Below, one piece after another: positions 38,333 through 47,900 of a stretch of DNA of 64,000 nucleotides. Numbering within the stretch: the stretch's first letter is position 1; each line of letters begins with the position of its first letter. The stretch spans positions 40,486,001 through 40,550,000 of the forward strand of contig NC_083288.1 of NCBI RefSeq assembly GCF_963506605.1. Reading direction: 5' to 3'. The position numbers and the translations under genes were made by a program. The notes beneath the pieces were generated by a model. That model did no database searches. It saw nothing but the letters and a program-made list of their open reading frames with translations, and was not told the DNA's origin. This stretch comes from Zootoca vivipara. Taxonomy: Eukaryota.

Positions 38333-38749
38333 TGTCAGAGGGCCTGATATGGCTACTCTAGAGTAACGACTCCAGCATGGTCTTTTTAGGCTTTTATTAA
38401 GTGCTGATTATTTACAGTGTTCAGAGCGGTAAATATGCATCCTTAAGGTGAGGTGTCAGAACCTCCGAATGGCGATTGGCGCGTTTTCTTCCAGCACAGA
38501 AGCCTTGGTAGACCCAACCTCTTCCCCCTACGTTTGCGTCGCAATTCGGGAGTTGGGGGGATTGGCCTTCCCCCCGGGCCCCCCACTTCCTGTCCCACCT
38601 GGTGCATGGGCTCCGCAACCTTGCCTGAGCCTCGGACCCCACTTCCTGACCCTCCGCTAGAGGCAGAGCTCTCCCTACTCTCTCCAGCGCTTGGGGATGG
38701 GCTGGAACTTAAGATGGGAGGGACTTCCCTGTATCCCTTGTCCCTCACA
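38333..38749 (-). repeat. Gypsy 3' LTR
   Basis: Direct repeat of 43727-44143; AATAAA on the minus strand near 38393-38398. Confidence 0.98.
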
Positions 38750-39066
38750 TCCACCCCCCTCCCAGGCTCCTCTCCCCCCCTCCCTAAGGGCTCTCCGCTT
38801 GCTGGGGACGAGTGAAACCCCAAGAAGTCCGTGGTGTCAGAGCCTGTGGGTGTAAAAATTTCCCCCCAATCTGGCGATCTTTCCCTCTCCCCCTGAGAAG
38901 ACTGGAATCCCAAAAAGTCTGTGGCGTCAGAGCTGGTGGGAGTAAAAATGTTCTGCCAATCTTCTCCTGCCTCTGACGTAGTCGACCTTGGTGAAACCCA
39001 CACCTCTTCTTCCGTATCCTCAAATTCCGCTTCCCATCTCCATGGAGAGCTGCTGCCTGCTATCCC
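38443..39066 (-). CDS. In-frame C-terminal extension of Gypsy Pol (two FxGF motifs plus a basic NLS-like patch), overlapping the PPT and 3' LTR
   Basis: Same frame as Pol, directly after the TAA at 39069-39067 (39069-39003 = 66 nt), and open for 207 codons. Its internal 90-nt repeat differs mostly at synonymous sites. Confidence 0.7.
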   Translation of the reverse strand, partial: GIAGSSSPWRWEAEFEDTEEEVWVSPRSTTSEAGEDWQNIFTPTSSDATDFLGFQSSQGERERSPDWGEIFTPTGSDTTDFLGFHSSPASGEPLGRGGEEPGRGVDVRDKGYREVPPILSSSPSPSAGESRESSASSGGSGSGVRGSGKVAEPMHQVGQEVGGPGGRPIPPTPELRRKRRGKRLGLPRLLCWKKTRQSPFGGSDTSP

Positions 39067-42000
39067 TTACTCCCGCCCCTCCCCCTCCCTTTCCATGTTC
39101 CAGGGCTTGGGTCTGTGGGGGAAAAGGGCGTGGAACTCTTCCACTAAAAATTCCTCAGGTACTTCCGTGGCCGGTATCCACTCATTGTGGGACGGCGGAG
39201 TGTCCTCCCATGCTATAAGGTACTCCACCCCTCTCACCCCTCTCCTTGAGTCTAAAATCTCAGTTGCCTCATTGAGTCGTCGGGCGTCTCCCGTCTCCCC
39301 CCCTCCCTCTGGAGGCTGATCACTGTCCCGCAACCTGGTGCTTTCTCTGTACGGCGACAGCAGGGATCTATGAAACACTGGGTGCACTCTCATGTCCTCC
39401 GGCAGTGCTAGCCTGAAGGCTACCGGGTTGACCTGTTGCGTGACCGTGAAGGGGCCCAGCCTCCTGGGTGCTAACTTCTTGCATCGCCCCCTGGTGGGAA
39501 GACCTTCCGAGGACAACCAAACCTTGTCCCCCACCCTGATGACCTCCCCCGGTCGCCTGTGGCGATCTGCCCCCTTCTTGTACGCTTCCTTGGCCCTCTC
39601 CAAGTGTTCTCTGAGCTGCTGGTGCACCGTCTCCAGGTCCTCTGCCCAATCCTCTGCCTGTGGGCCCTCCTCCCCCTCCTCCCCCTCCCTCTCTGGGAAA
39701 GATCTGAGGTCGCGCCCATAGTTGGCTTTAAAGGGCGACACCCCTGTGGAAACGTGCACTGCATTATTGTAGGCAAATTCTGCCAGTGGCAGGCGATCCA
39801 CCCAGTCCGTTTGCCTCTGGCTGACGTAGCATCTCAGGTACTGCTGCAGAATGGCGTTGACCCTCTCCGCCTGTCCGTTGGTCTGCGGGTGTCTAGCCGT
39901 CGACAAGCTGACCTCCACCTGCAGGAGGTTCATGAGCCGCCGCCAGAACCTGGAAACAAATTGGCGGCCACGATCCGAAATAACTCTTAAAGGTAATCCA
40001 TGCAGTCTGAATACGTGGTCAACAAACAGTTTGGCTGTCTCTTCTGCAGAGACCGCTCTGGCACACGGTGTAAAGTGGCACATTTTGGACATAAGGTCCA
40101 CCACCACCAACACTGCGGTCTTGCCCCTGGATGAAGGCAGGTCTGTGATGAAGTCCATGGACACCACTTCCCACGGCCTGTGCGGTGTGGCTAAGGGCTC
40201 CAGCAACCCTGCTGGCGCTGCTCTGACCACCTTTGCTCGCTGGCAGGTGTCACAACCCCTTACATAGTCTCGAACATCTTCCCGCACCCCTGGCCACCAG
40301 AAGTGTCTCATGACTAGGTGAGCGGTTTTGTCCCTTCCAAAATGACCCGCCGTTGGGTTGTCGTGCATCTGCTTGAGGACCTTACGTCTAAGCTGGGTGG
40401 TGGGCAGGTACAGTGCACCCTTGTAGAAAAGCAGCCCCCTGCATTCTGCAAAGTCTCTTGCCTGCTCCCTCCCCCCTCGCAGCTCTCTGAAGATGTGGGT
40501 GGCAAACTCATCTGCTGCCGTCAGTGCTGTGAGTTCTGCCTCGCTCACCACTGCTGCTCCGCAGGACCATGCTGATGGGGGGAAAATGTGCCTGGGTGCT
40601 GGTGGCAACTCCTGCTCCATGTACTCTGGTTTGCGGGAGAGGGCGTCCGCCCTGACATCCTGCTCCCCCGGGATGTAGTGGATGGAGAAGTTGAAGTTCG
40701 AGAAGAACTCTGCCCACCGTATCTGCCGCTGGTTGAGCACCCTGGCCGTCCTCCAGAACTCCAGGTTCTTGTGGTCTGTGCACACCTGAATGGGGTGCTT
40801 GGCGCCCACCAGGAAGTGTCGCCAGTGCTGGAATGCAGAGTGGATCGCAAGAAGTTCCCTATCAAACACCGTGTAGTTGCGCTCTGGCTGGGTCAGCTTC
40901 CTGGAGAAGAAGGCACAGGGTCTCCACTCTCTGTTGGCGTCCAGTTGCAACAAAATGGCGCCCACAGCTCTATCTGAAGCATCTGTTTCCACGCGAAGGG
41001 GCGCATCCTGTACCACGTGGAACAGGTTCTGGTCTGAGGCGAATACCCTCTTGAGGCTTTCGAACGCTGCTTGCGCCTCTGGTGTCCACCTGAACTTCTG
41101 CTTGCCTCTCAGGCAGTCAGTGATGGGAGCCGTAACGCGAGAGAAGTTCTTGATGAACTTCCTGTAGAAGTTGGCGAAGCCTAGGAGGCGTTGGGCATCC
41201 TTGCGCGTCCTGGGGCTGTGCCAGTCCAGGATGGCCTGCACCTTGTCCTTGTCCATCGCCAGCCCCTTGTCTGACAGCTTGTAGCCCAGGAAGTCCACTT
41301 CCCTGGTGTGAAACTTGCACTTCTCCAGCTTCACATACAGGTGGTTCTCCTTCAGGCGCTGCAACACCTCCCTGACATCCTTCACATGTTGTACTGGGTC
41401 ATTGGAATAGATAAGGATGTCATCTAGGAATACCAAGCAGTTCTTGAAAAGGAGGGACCCCAGGACGTGGTGCATGAAGGCCTGGAAGCATGCTGAGCCC
41501 CCTTGCAAACCGAAGGGCATCACCAGATATTCAAAAGAGCCCAGTGGCGTGAACATCGTGGTTTTCCACTCATCGCCTTCCCGGATCCTGATCAAGTTGT
41601 ACGCCCCCCTCAGGTCTAGCTTGGTGAAGATCTTGCCCCTGTGCGCCGCTGTCAGCAGATCGTCCACTCTGGGCATTGGGAAAGCCACCGGTTCCGTCAT
41701 GGAGTTGAGCCGTCTAAAATCCACCACCAGACGGCGCTGTTGCGTGTCCTTCTTGTCCACCCAGAAGACCGGGCTGCCCCCTGCTGCCTTGCTTTCTCTG
41801 ATGAACCCCCGCTTGAGGTTCTTGTCGATGAACTCCCTCAGATCCTCCAGTTCCTGATCTGACATGGAGTACAGTTTGGCTGGGGGTAGCGTGGCCCCTG
41901 GCACCAGGTTGATTTGACAGTCAAAGGACCTGTGTGGGGGTAGGTGGTCGGACTCCGCTTCGCTGAAGACCTCCTGCAGGTCCCAGTACGGCTTGGGTAT

Positions 42001-42573
42001 TGCCTCACCCCCCTTGATGTGCATGGTGGCCACTGTGGCGATGGGAGGCCCCTCCCCAGGTTGGCGCTGCATGCAATGCTCCAGACAAAAGTCCGATCCA
42101 AACGTGATGCATCTCTGGTGCCAACTGATAGAGGGGTCATGTTGCTCCAGCCAGCTCATGCCCAAGATGATGGGGGGGTCGGAGATGGTGGTGACGTTGA
42201 ATGCCAGTGTCTCTGAGTGTCATCCCACCGTCATTCTCATGGGGGGGGGTCTGGTGGGTGATGCCCCCCCCCAGTAACTCCCTGCCGTCAATGGTGGAGA
42301 CGTGCAGGGGGAAATCCAGCTGCAGAAGTTGGATCTGGTGCTCTTCTGCAAAGTTTCTCGAGAAGAAGTTGGCTGATGCACCACTGTCAATTAACGCGAG
42401 TACCGTCAGGGGATAGCCATTTGGGAGCGTTAACGTCACTTCTAGAACCACCCCTGCTCTGGGGGGTGGGTGGGCTGTCGCTGCTCCTCGCTGTGCGGGT
42501 GGGTGGGGTGGGGCCGGTTTGTGCTAACTGTGCCTGGCTGCTGCCCCTTGTCTCCTGCAGCCAGGCTGTCTCG
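39067..42573 (-). pseudogene. pol: Gypsy pol (protease, RT, RNase H, integrase, chromodomain)
   Basis: LIDSGASANF, FLDDIL, ETDASD, H..GH..CDTC, SMDFI, SDRG, QTNGQAE, GPF and chromodomain. Lesions in the protease region: -1 nt in G6 (42461-42466), +1 nt in G9 (42241-42249), TGA at 42222-42220. RT through IN is open for over 1000 codons. Confidence 0.95.
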
Positions 42574-43685
42574 TTTCCCTGCTGTGGTGCTGCTTCAGTG
42601 GGGGAAGGTACAACCGTTCCCGCCTTTCCTTGCCACTCCCTGCGATGAGGGCAGTCTCTGATGCGATGCCGGGGGGAGTTGCAGAGAAAGCAATTCCCGC
42701 CTCTTCCCTCCTTGCGTCTTGGCGCCGCCGGGGTTTGAAAAGCCCCCGCGCGCACTCCACCGATCTCCATCGGTTCCGGCTCTGGGCTTGGTCTGGGCGG
42801 GTCTGGGGGCGGGCCCTGGGGTGGGGTTTGGTGATGTGGTCTGTCCTGGGAGCGTGGGAACCAAGGTTTTGCTGCGCGCGTCGCTTGTTTGTCATTCCAT
42901 CTGGATTCCTGTCTCACCCCCACCGCTAGCGCCGCTTTGCTTAAATCATCCATAGTTCGCGGTTTAGGACCTCTCGCCAGCTCATCCTTAACGTCTGCGT
43001 GCAAACCTAGGTAGAAGGCTGATTTCACTGGCTCACTTTGCAGATCCCACCCCAGTTTGTGCACCAGCATGGTGAATCTCGCCCAGTAGTCCCTAACTGT
43101 CGATATTCCTTGTGTTAAGTTATGAAGCTCCTCTTTAGTGGCCTCCATTTCACTGTCACTAGCGTACATTATTTTTAAAGCTTCTAGAAATAGTTTTGCG
43201 TTCTTCATGCAAGGATTTTTTTGCGCGATGAGCGGTCTTACCCATTCTCGGGCGGCCCCCGTCAAATGCTCTATGATAAAGGAGACTCTGTGCGCGTCAT
43301 CTGGGAATTCTGCTGCATGCAATTCCAGCGCATAATTTATTTCTGTCTCAAATCCTAGGTACTCCCTAGTGTCGCCGCTAAACTTGGTGACTAGGCTCTG
43401 TCCCCTCCTCACTTGGACTAGCTGCGGCTGGGGCGCCCCCCCACCTCTAGCGGCTTTCTCCTCTTCCAACTTCTTCTGCAGGTCCAATACCATCACCCTT
43501 AGCTGTTTCTCAGTCTCCTCTTTTGTCCTCACCTGGTCCACCAGCTTGTCCAGCTCCTCCTGCGCCCCTCGCGCTTCCTCCTGAGCGGCATGCAATTGCT
43601 GCTGTGCCTGCGCTGTAAGGTTCCGTAGCTCCTGCTTCGCTGCTTCGGCCTCCAGCCTCCAATGCTCAGCCTCCTGCGCGCTCAT
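42387..43685 (-). CDS. gag: Gypsy Gag (coiled coil, capsid, CCHC zinc knuckle)
   Basis: ATG 41 nt inside the 5' LTR boundary; KFSGD..LTGAAREW..LTQG capsid motifs; CFLCNSPRHRIRDC. The true stop is uncertain because of the downstream homopolymer indel. Confidence 0.92.
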   Translation of the reverse strand: MSAQEAEHWRLEAEAAKQELRNLTAQAQQQLHAAQEEARGAQEELDKLVDQVRTKEETEKQLRVMVLDLQKKLEEEKAARGGGAPQPQLVQVRRGQSLVTKFSGDTREYLGFETEINYALELHAAEFPDDAHRVSFIIEHLTGAAREWVRPLIAQKNPCMKNAKLFLEALKIMYASDSEMEATKEELHNLTQGISTVRDYWARFTMLVHKLGWDLQSEPVKSAFYLGLHADVKDELARGPKPRTMDDLSKAALAVGVRQESRWNDKQATRAAKPWFPRSQDRPHHQTPPQGPPPDPPRPSPEPEPMEIGGVRAGAFQTPAAPRRKEGRGGNCFLCNSPRHRIRDCPHRREWQGKAGTVVPSPTEAAPQQGNETAWLQETRGSSQAQLAQTGPTPPTRTARSSDSPPTPQSRGGSRSDVNAPKWLSPDGTRVN

Positions 43686-43726
43686 CGCGGCACTCCAAAG
43701 TAGCCAAAAAAAGATTCGGAGGTTGC

Positions 43727-44143
43727 TGTCAGAGGGCCTGATATGGCTACTCTAGAGTAACGACTCCAGCATGGTCTTTTTAGGCTTTTATTAAGTGCTG
43801 ATTATTTACAGTGTTCAGAGCGGTAAATATGCATCCTTAAGGTGAGGTGTCAGAACCTCCGAATGGCGATTGGCGCGTTTTCTTCCAGCACAGAAGCCTT
43901 GGTAGACCCAACCTCTTCCCCCTACGTTTGCGTCGCAATTCGGGAGTTGGGGGGATTGGCCTTCCCCCCGGGCCCCCCACTTCCTGTCCCACCTGGTGCA
44001 TGGGCTCCGCAACCTTGCCTGAGCCTCGGACCCCACTTCCTGACCCTCCGTTAGAGGCAGAGCTCTCCCTACTCTCTCCAGCTCTTGGGGATGGGCTGGA
44101 ACTTAAGATGGGAGGGACTTCCCTGTATCCCTTGTCCCTCACA
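43727..44143 (-). repeat. Gypsy 5' LTR
   Basis: Direct repeat of 38333-38749. Confidence 0.98.
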
Positions 44144-44544
44144 TCATGGAACCCACATACAATATTTGAACGTTGTGATTACTGTAACATGAATTTAATG
44201 TACAAATCTATAAACAAAGGGAAAATAAGGGTTGCATTTAAAAATGAACGGATATTGAAAACATTAGCCACAACATGACCTGAGGAACGCCTGACCTGGA
44301 TTTGGGCCCAGATCAATTCTCATGTTTCTCCACACAGACAGCACCCTGGAGAAGTAGAGCACAGTAAGTAACAGCATTTCACATTCGGCTCAGCAGCAGG
44401 TGAGCAGAGGGTGAATTTTCTTTATTTGGCCTGTGTTTGTCTTTTGAGGGTATAGACAGGCAGGCCAAAAATGCAGATATTCAGCAAAGTTTACAAAAGA
44501 TGCACAAATACCCCATGGTCCCAGCATAATGTGCTGTCCTAGGT

Positions 44545-44679
44545 CAGGCATCCCCAAACTTTGGCCTTCCAGAGGTTTGGACCACACTTCCCATCTTCCC
44601 CGACCACTGGTCCTGTTAGCTGGCGATCATGGGAGTTGTAGGGCAAAACATCTGGAGGGCCACAGTTTGGGGATGCCTG
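44545..44679. mobile_element. hAT-type MITE (135 bp)
   Basis: TIRs caggcatccccaaact / agtttggggatgcctg; 8-bp TSD tcctaggt. Confidence 0.9.
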
Positions 44680-44924
44680 TCCTAGGTCCTGGGAAACTAG
44701 GGTTGAAATCCCCATTCAGCCATAGGTCAGGTGCCATCTCTCAATGTAAGCTTCTTCACAGAGTTGTTGAGAAGACAACAGTGAGAGGGAGAGTGGCTGG
44801 CACTTGGATGGCATAGAAGATGGAACATAAAAACAAAGAAATTATTATGAAAATACATACAAAGGAAATAACATCTTCTTGCCACAACTTAAGGTCCCTG
44901 ACTAACAGCATCTGTTTCACCTTC

Positions 44925-47900
44925 TCAACTATGGTCATCCTTCTTCCTTACTAACCTCTCCTTACTGTTCATCTCAGGCCTAAATATAATGATGAAGATT
45001 TTAGGGAGGAAGATGCAACCCAGTAAGCCAGCAGTAGAGGCCAAGATAGAGAAGATCTCCACAGCCACCATGTATTTCCCTTTGGTGCTCAGATAAGTGG
45101 GGACAAAGGACAGCCAAACACTGCAGAAGACCAGCATGCTGAAGGTAATCAACTTGGCTTCATTGAAAGTATCAGGCAACTTCCTGGCAAAGAAAGCCAC
45201 AGAGAAGCTCACAATGGCCAAAAGACCCATGTAGCCAAGAATCAGGTGGAACATGATGTTGGAGCCTTCATTGCACTGCACTATGATTTGCCCATCCTGG
45301 GAGTGCAGGTCAAACTCTGGGAATGGGGGAGAGGATGCCAGCCACCCAACACAGATGCCAGCCTGAATGAGAGAGCAGAAGGTGATAAGGGATCCTGCCA
45401 GCCTCTTCCCAAGCCATTTCCTCATGCTGTTTCCAGGCTTGGTCACCATGAATGCCAAAACCACAGTGAGGGTTTTGGCTAACACACAAGCAACAGCAAT
45501 GGAGAAGACGATGCCAAAGACGGTTTGCCTCAAGACACAGGTCACCTTTGTAGGCCTGCCAATGAATAAGAAGGAGCAGAGAAAGCAGAGAAGCAGAGAA
45601 GAGAGCAAGGTGCAGGTGATTCCCCAGTTGTTGGCTTTGACAATGGGAGTGTTCCAGTGCAGACCGAAGGTCCCCATCACAACAACCGTGATCAGCGAAA
45701 GAAGGAGAGCCAAGGAAGCCAGAATTGCCCCCAAGGGCTCCTCATAGGATAAGTAGCTTATTTGTTTTGGAATACATTGGTCCCGAAAGGCATTTGGGTA
45801 GTGATCAGCTGGGCATTTCTCACACTGATCTGCATCTGAAAGTGAGAAGCATGCTTTTAGCATTTCTTGAAGCAAAAAATTATTAATATTATTGATACAG
45901 TCTATTATGGTGTACACGAAACATATTACTGAGCTGATGAACCAAAGGTGATGAACCAAAGTGATGGTTCCTCTCTGATCATCTCAGATTTACTAATCAA
46001 TCTATGCATATTTATTTGTCATGGTCGCAGTATATTGATTGATTTCAGTGTTCCCCCTTAATCATGTCCAGCTCTGCATCCAGCCCCATGTTTTTGCATT
46101 TCTAAGCTTGTCGTCTAAGTGTTTCTTTTTTACACTTTCTGTAAGGGAACTTGGGAGTAGACGAAACAGCCAAGTAGCCTGTCATCAGGAAAATCTATAT
46201 TTCACAAGAAATGACTGTTCCTAAGGCTTGAAACTGTGTGGATACAATAGAAGAGATAATTTACAATTTTAATAACAGAAGATGAAAATTTGTTGGCTGC
46301 AGTTTCAATGGTGAGAAAAGGAAATCTATGGCATGCAATCCTATCCATTTCTACCCAGATGTATGTTATGCTGATTTCAATGGTGCTTACTCCAATGCGG
46401 ACGTAGTTTCACAGAAGATATACCAGAATAGCTGTCCAAAGAGTAGGGGAAAGGAAAGGAAAATATGTATCAGTAAAATAAACACATGTGCTTGGGATCC
46501 ATGACAGAAGATGAGCAGACATAATAAGACTGAAACATGAATGTCTGTGTTGGAGAGGAAGATGGGAATTCCAGTTGACTTGGGTTCCTTCACTTACCCT
46601 TCTGGACTGAAATCCTCCCTTTCGGGCACTGAACACAGTCATAGCAACAGATTTGTTTTCCCTGCTGAGCAAACATACTCTGTCCAGGGTGGCAGCTCTC
46701 AACACAGGTGGAAATGGGCAGCATCTAAGGGTAATGACAAGCAAGGGATTTTGAATGGAATAAGCTTGCTTCTCTACATAAATCTTATTGTCATCTATGT
46801 CTGCTATGCGGCAGAAAGGTCACAGGGCTGAAATTAGAGGATGACTGTCAAGCATTTGCTCCCTTGGCAAGCATCAGGCCCCCTGATAAAAATGCTTTGT
46901 GCTGTCACCTAACCATTTGGCCAGCCCAGCACATGTCTGAATGGCAAAGAGAAGCTCCTGCCAACCTTCTCCTTCTTGATAGATTGATTCCTCATAACCC
47001 AATGCTGAATCCCTCCTGCAGACACTGTCTTTTAAAGTTTAAATAAGAATTAATTTTTACTTAGTGTACTATGGCAGCTTTTGACTGATCTTGGATTAAG
47101 AAAGATAGAGAAAGTAAGATTAAGGGTATAAATCATCGTAAGAATGTAGTATATAAAGGATAGAGATTAGAGAAATGAGGTTGGGTACATTCAATATAAG
47201 AATTAAATTATACAACGGGATTCGACAGGAAGTCTATTTTTTATGTCATAGCCTTTGTAAATAATCGAATAGAAACTAGCAGCAATACATTTTAAGTTTT
47301 TGTTCATAAGTATGCAAGAAAGGACAAACACAGGTTTTTCTTTTTCTTTTTATTATTTTTCTTTTTATTCTTCTTCTTCTTCTTTGTGTAAATAGCTGGA
47401 ATTTTCATTTATTCTGAGAGATGTATTATATATTTAATGCTCTGCAAGACTATTAATAAAGCTAATAAAAATACTTAGTGTACTTTTACTTGCAGATTAA
47501 AATACACGATGCAGGCAGGTGTTACTTACATTGCTGATACATCTTATATAGATTTTTATCTAAGATAAATGCTGTTACAGACTGACAGCAGCACAACAGA
47601 ACATTCTGCTCTATTGTGTTTTTAATATTCGGTTGGGAGCCGCCCAATGCCCCTGGGGATACCCAGCTTCATGGGCGGGGTATAAATAAATTATTATTAT
47701 TTCGATTCAACCCATCACATAAATCATTACCTCATTTTATATTTAATATTAATCATTACCTCATTTCATGTTTAATACGCATGCGCAATAAGCATCGCTA
47801 ACTAAACTTTGATTCTCACCGTGATCTGTTACATATTGTTAGTTTACATGCATGGGAACCTGTGTTACGTGTGGATGTAACAACTTATGTTCTAGCTCAT

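Larger units (their letters stand above)
38333..44143 (-). mobile_element. Full-length Ty3/Gypsy chromovirus (Tf1/sushi group), recent insertion, 5811 bp
   Basis: Two 417-bp TG..CA LTRs with 2 mismatches; TSD tcatg (38328-38332 / 44144-44148); order gag-PR-RT-RNaseH-IN-chromodomain; PPT at ~38750-38780. Confidence 0.98.

Noticed and set aside
39368-43584. Many overlapping alternative-frame and antisense ORFs in the Gypsy element (possible env or accessory gene)
   Set aside because: Expected in GC-rich coding DNA; none shows a signal peptide, TM segment or evidence of selection, unlike the in-frame Pol tail.
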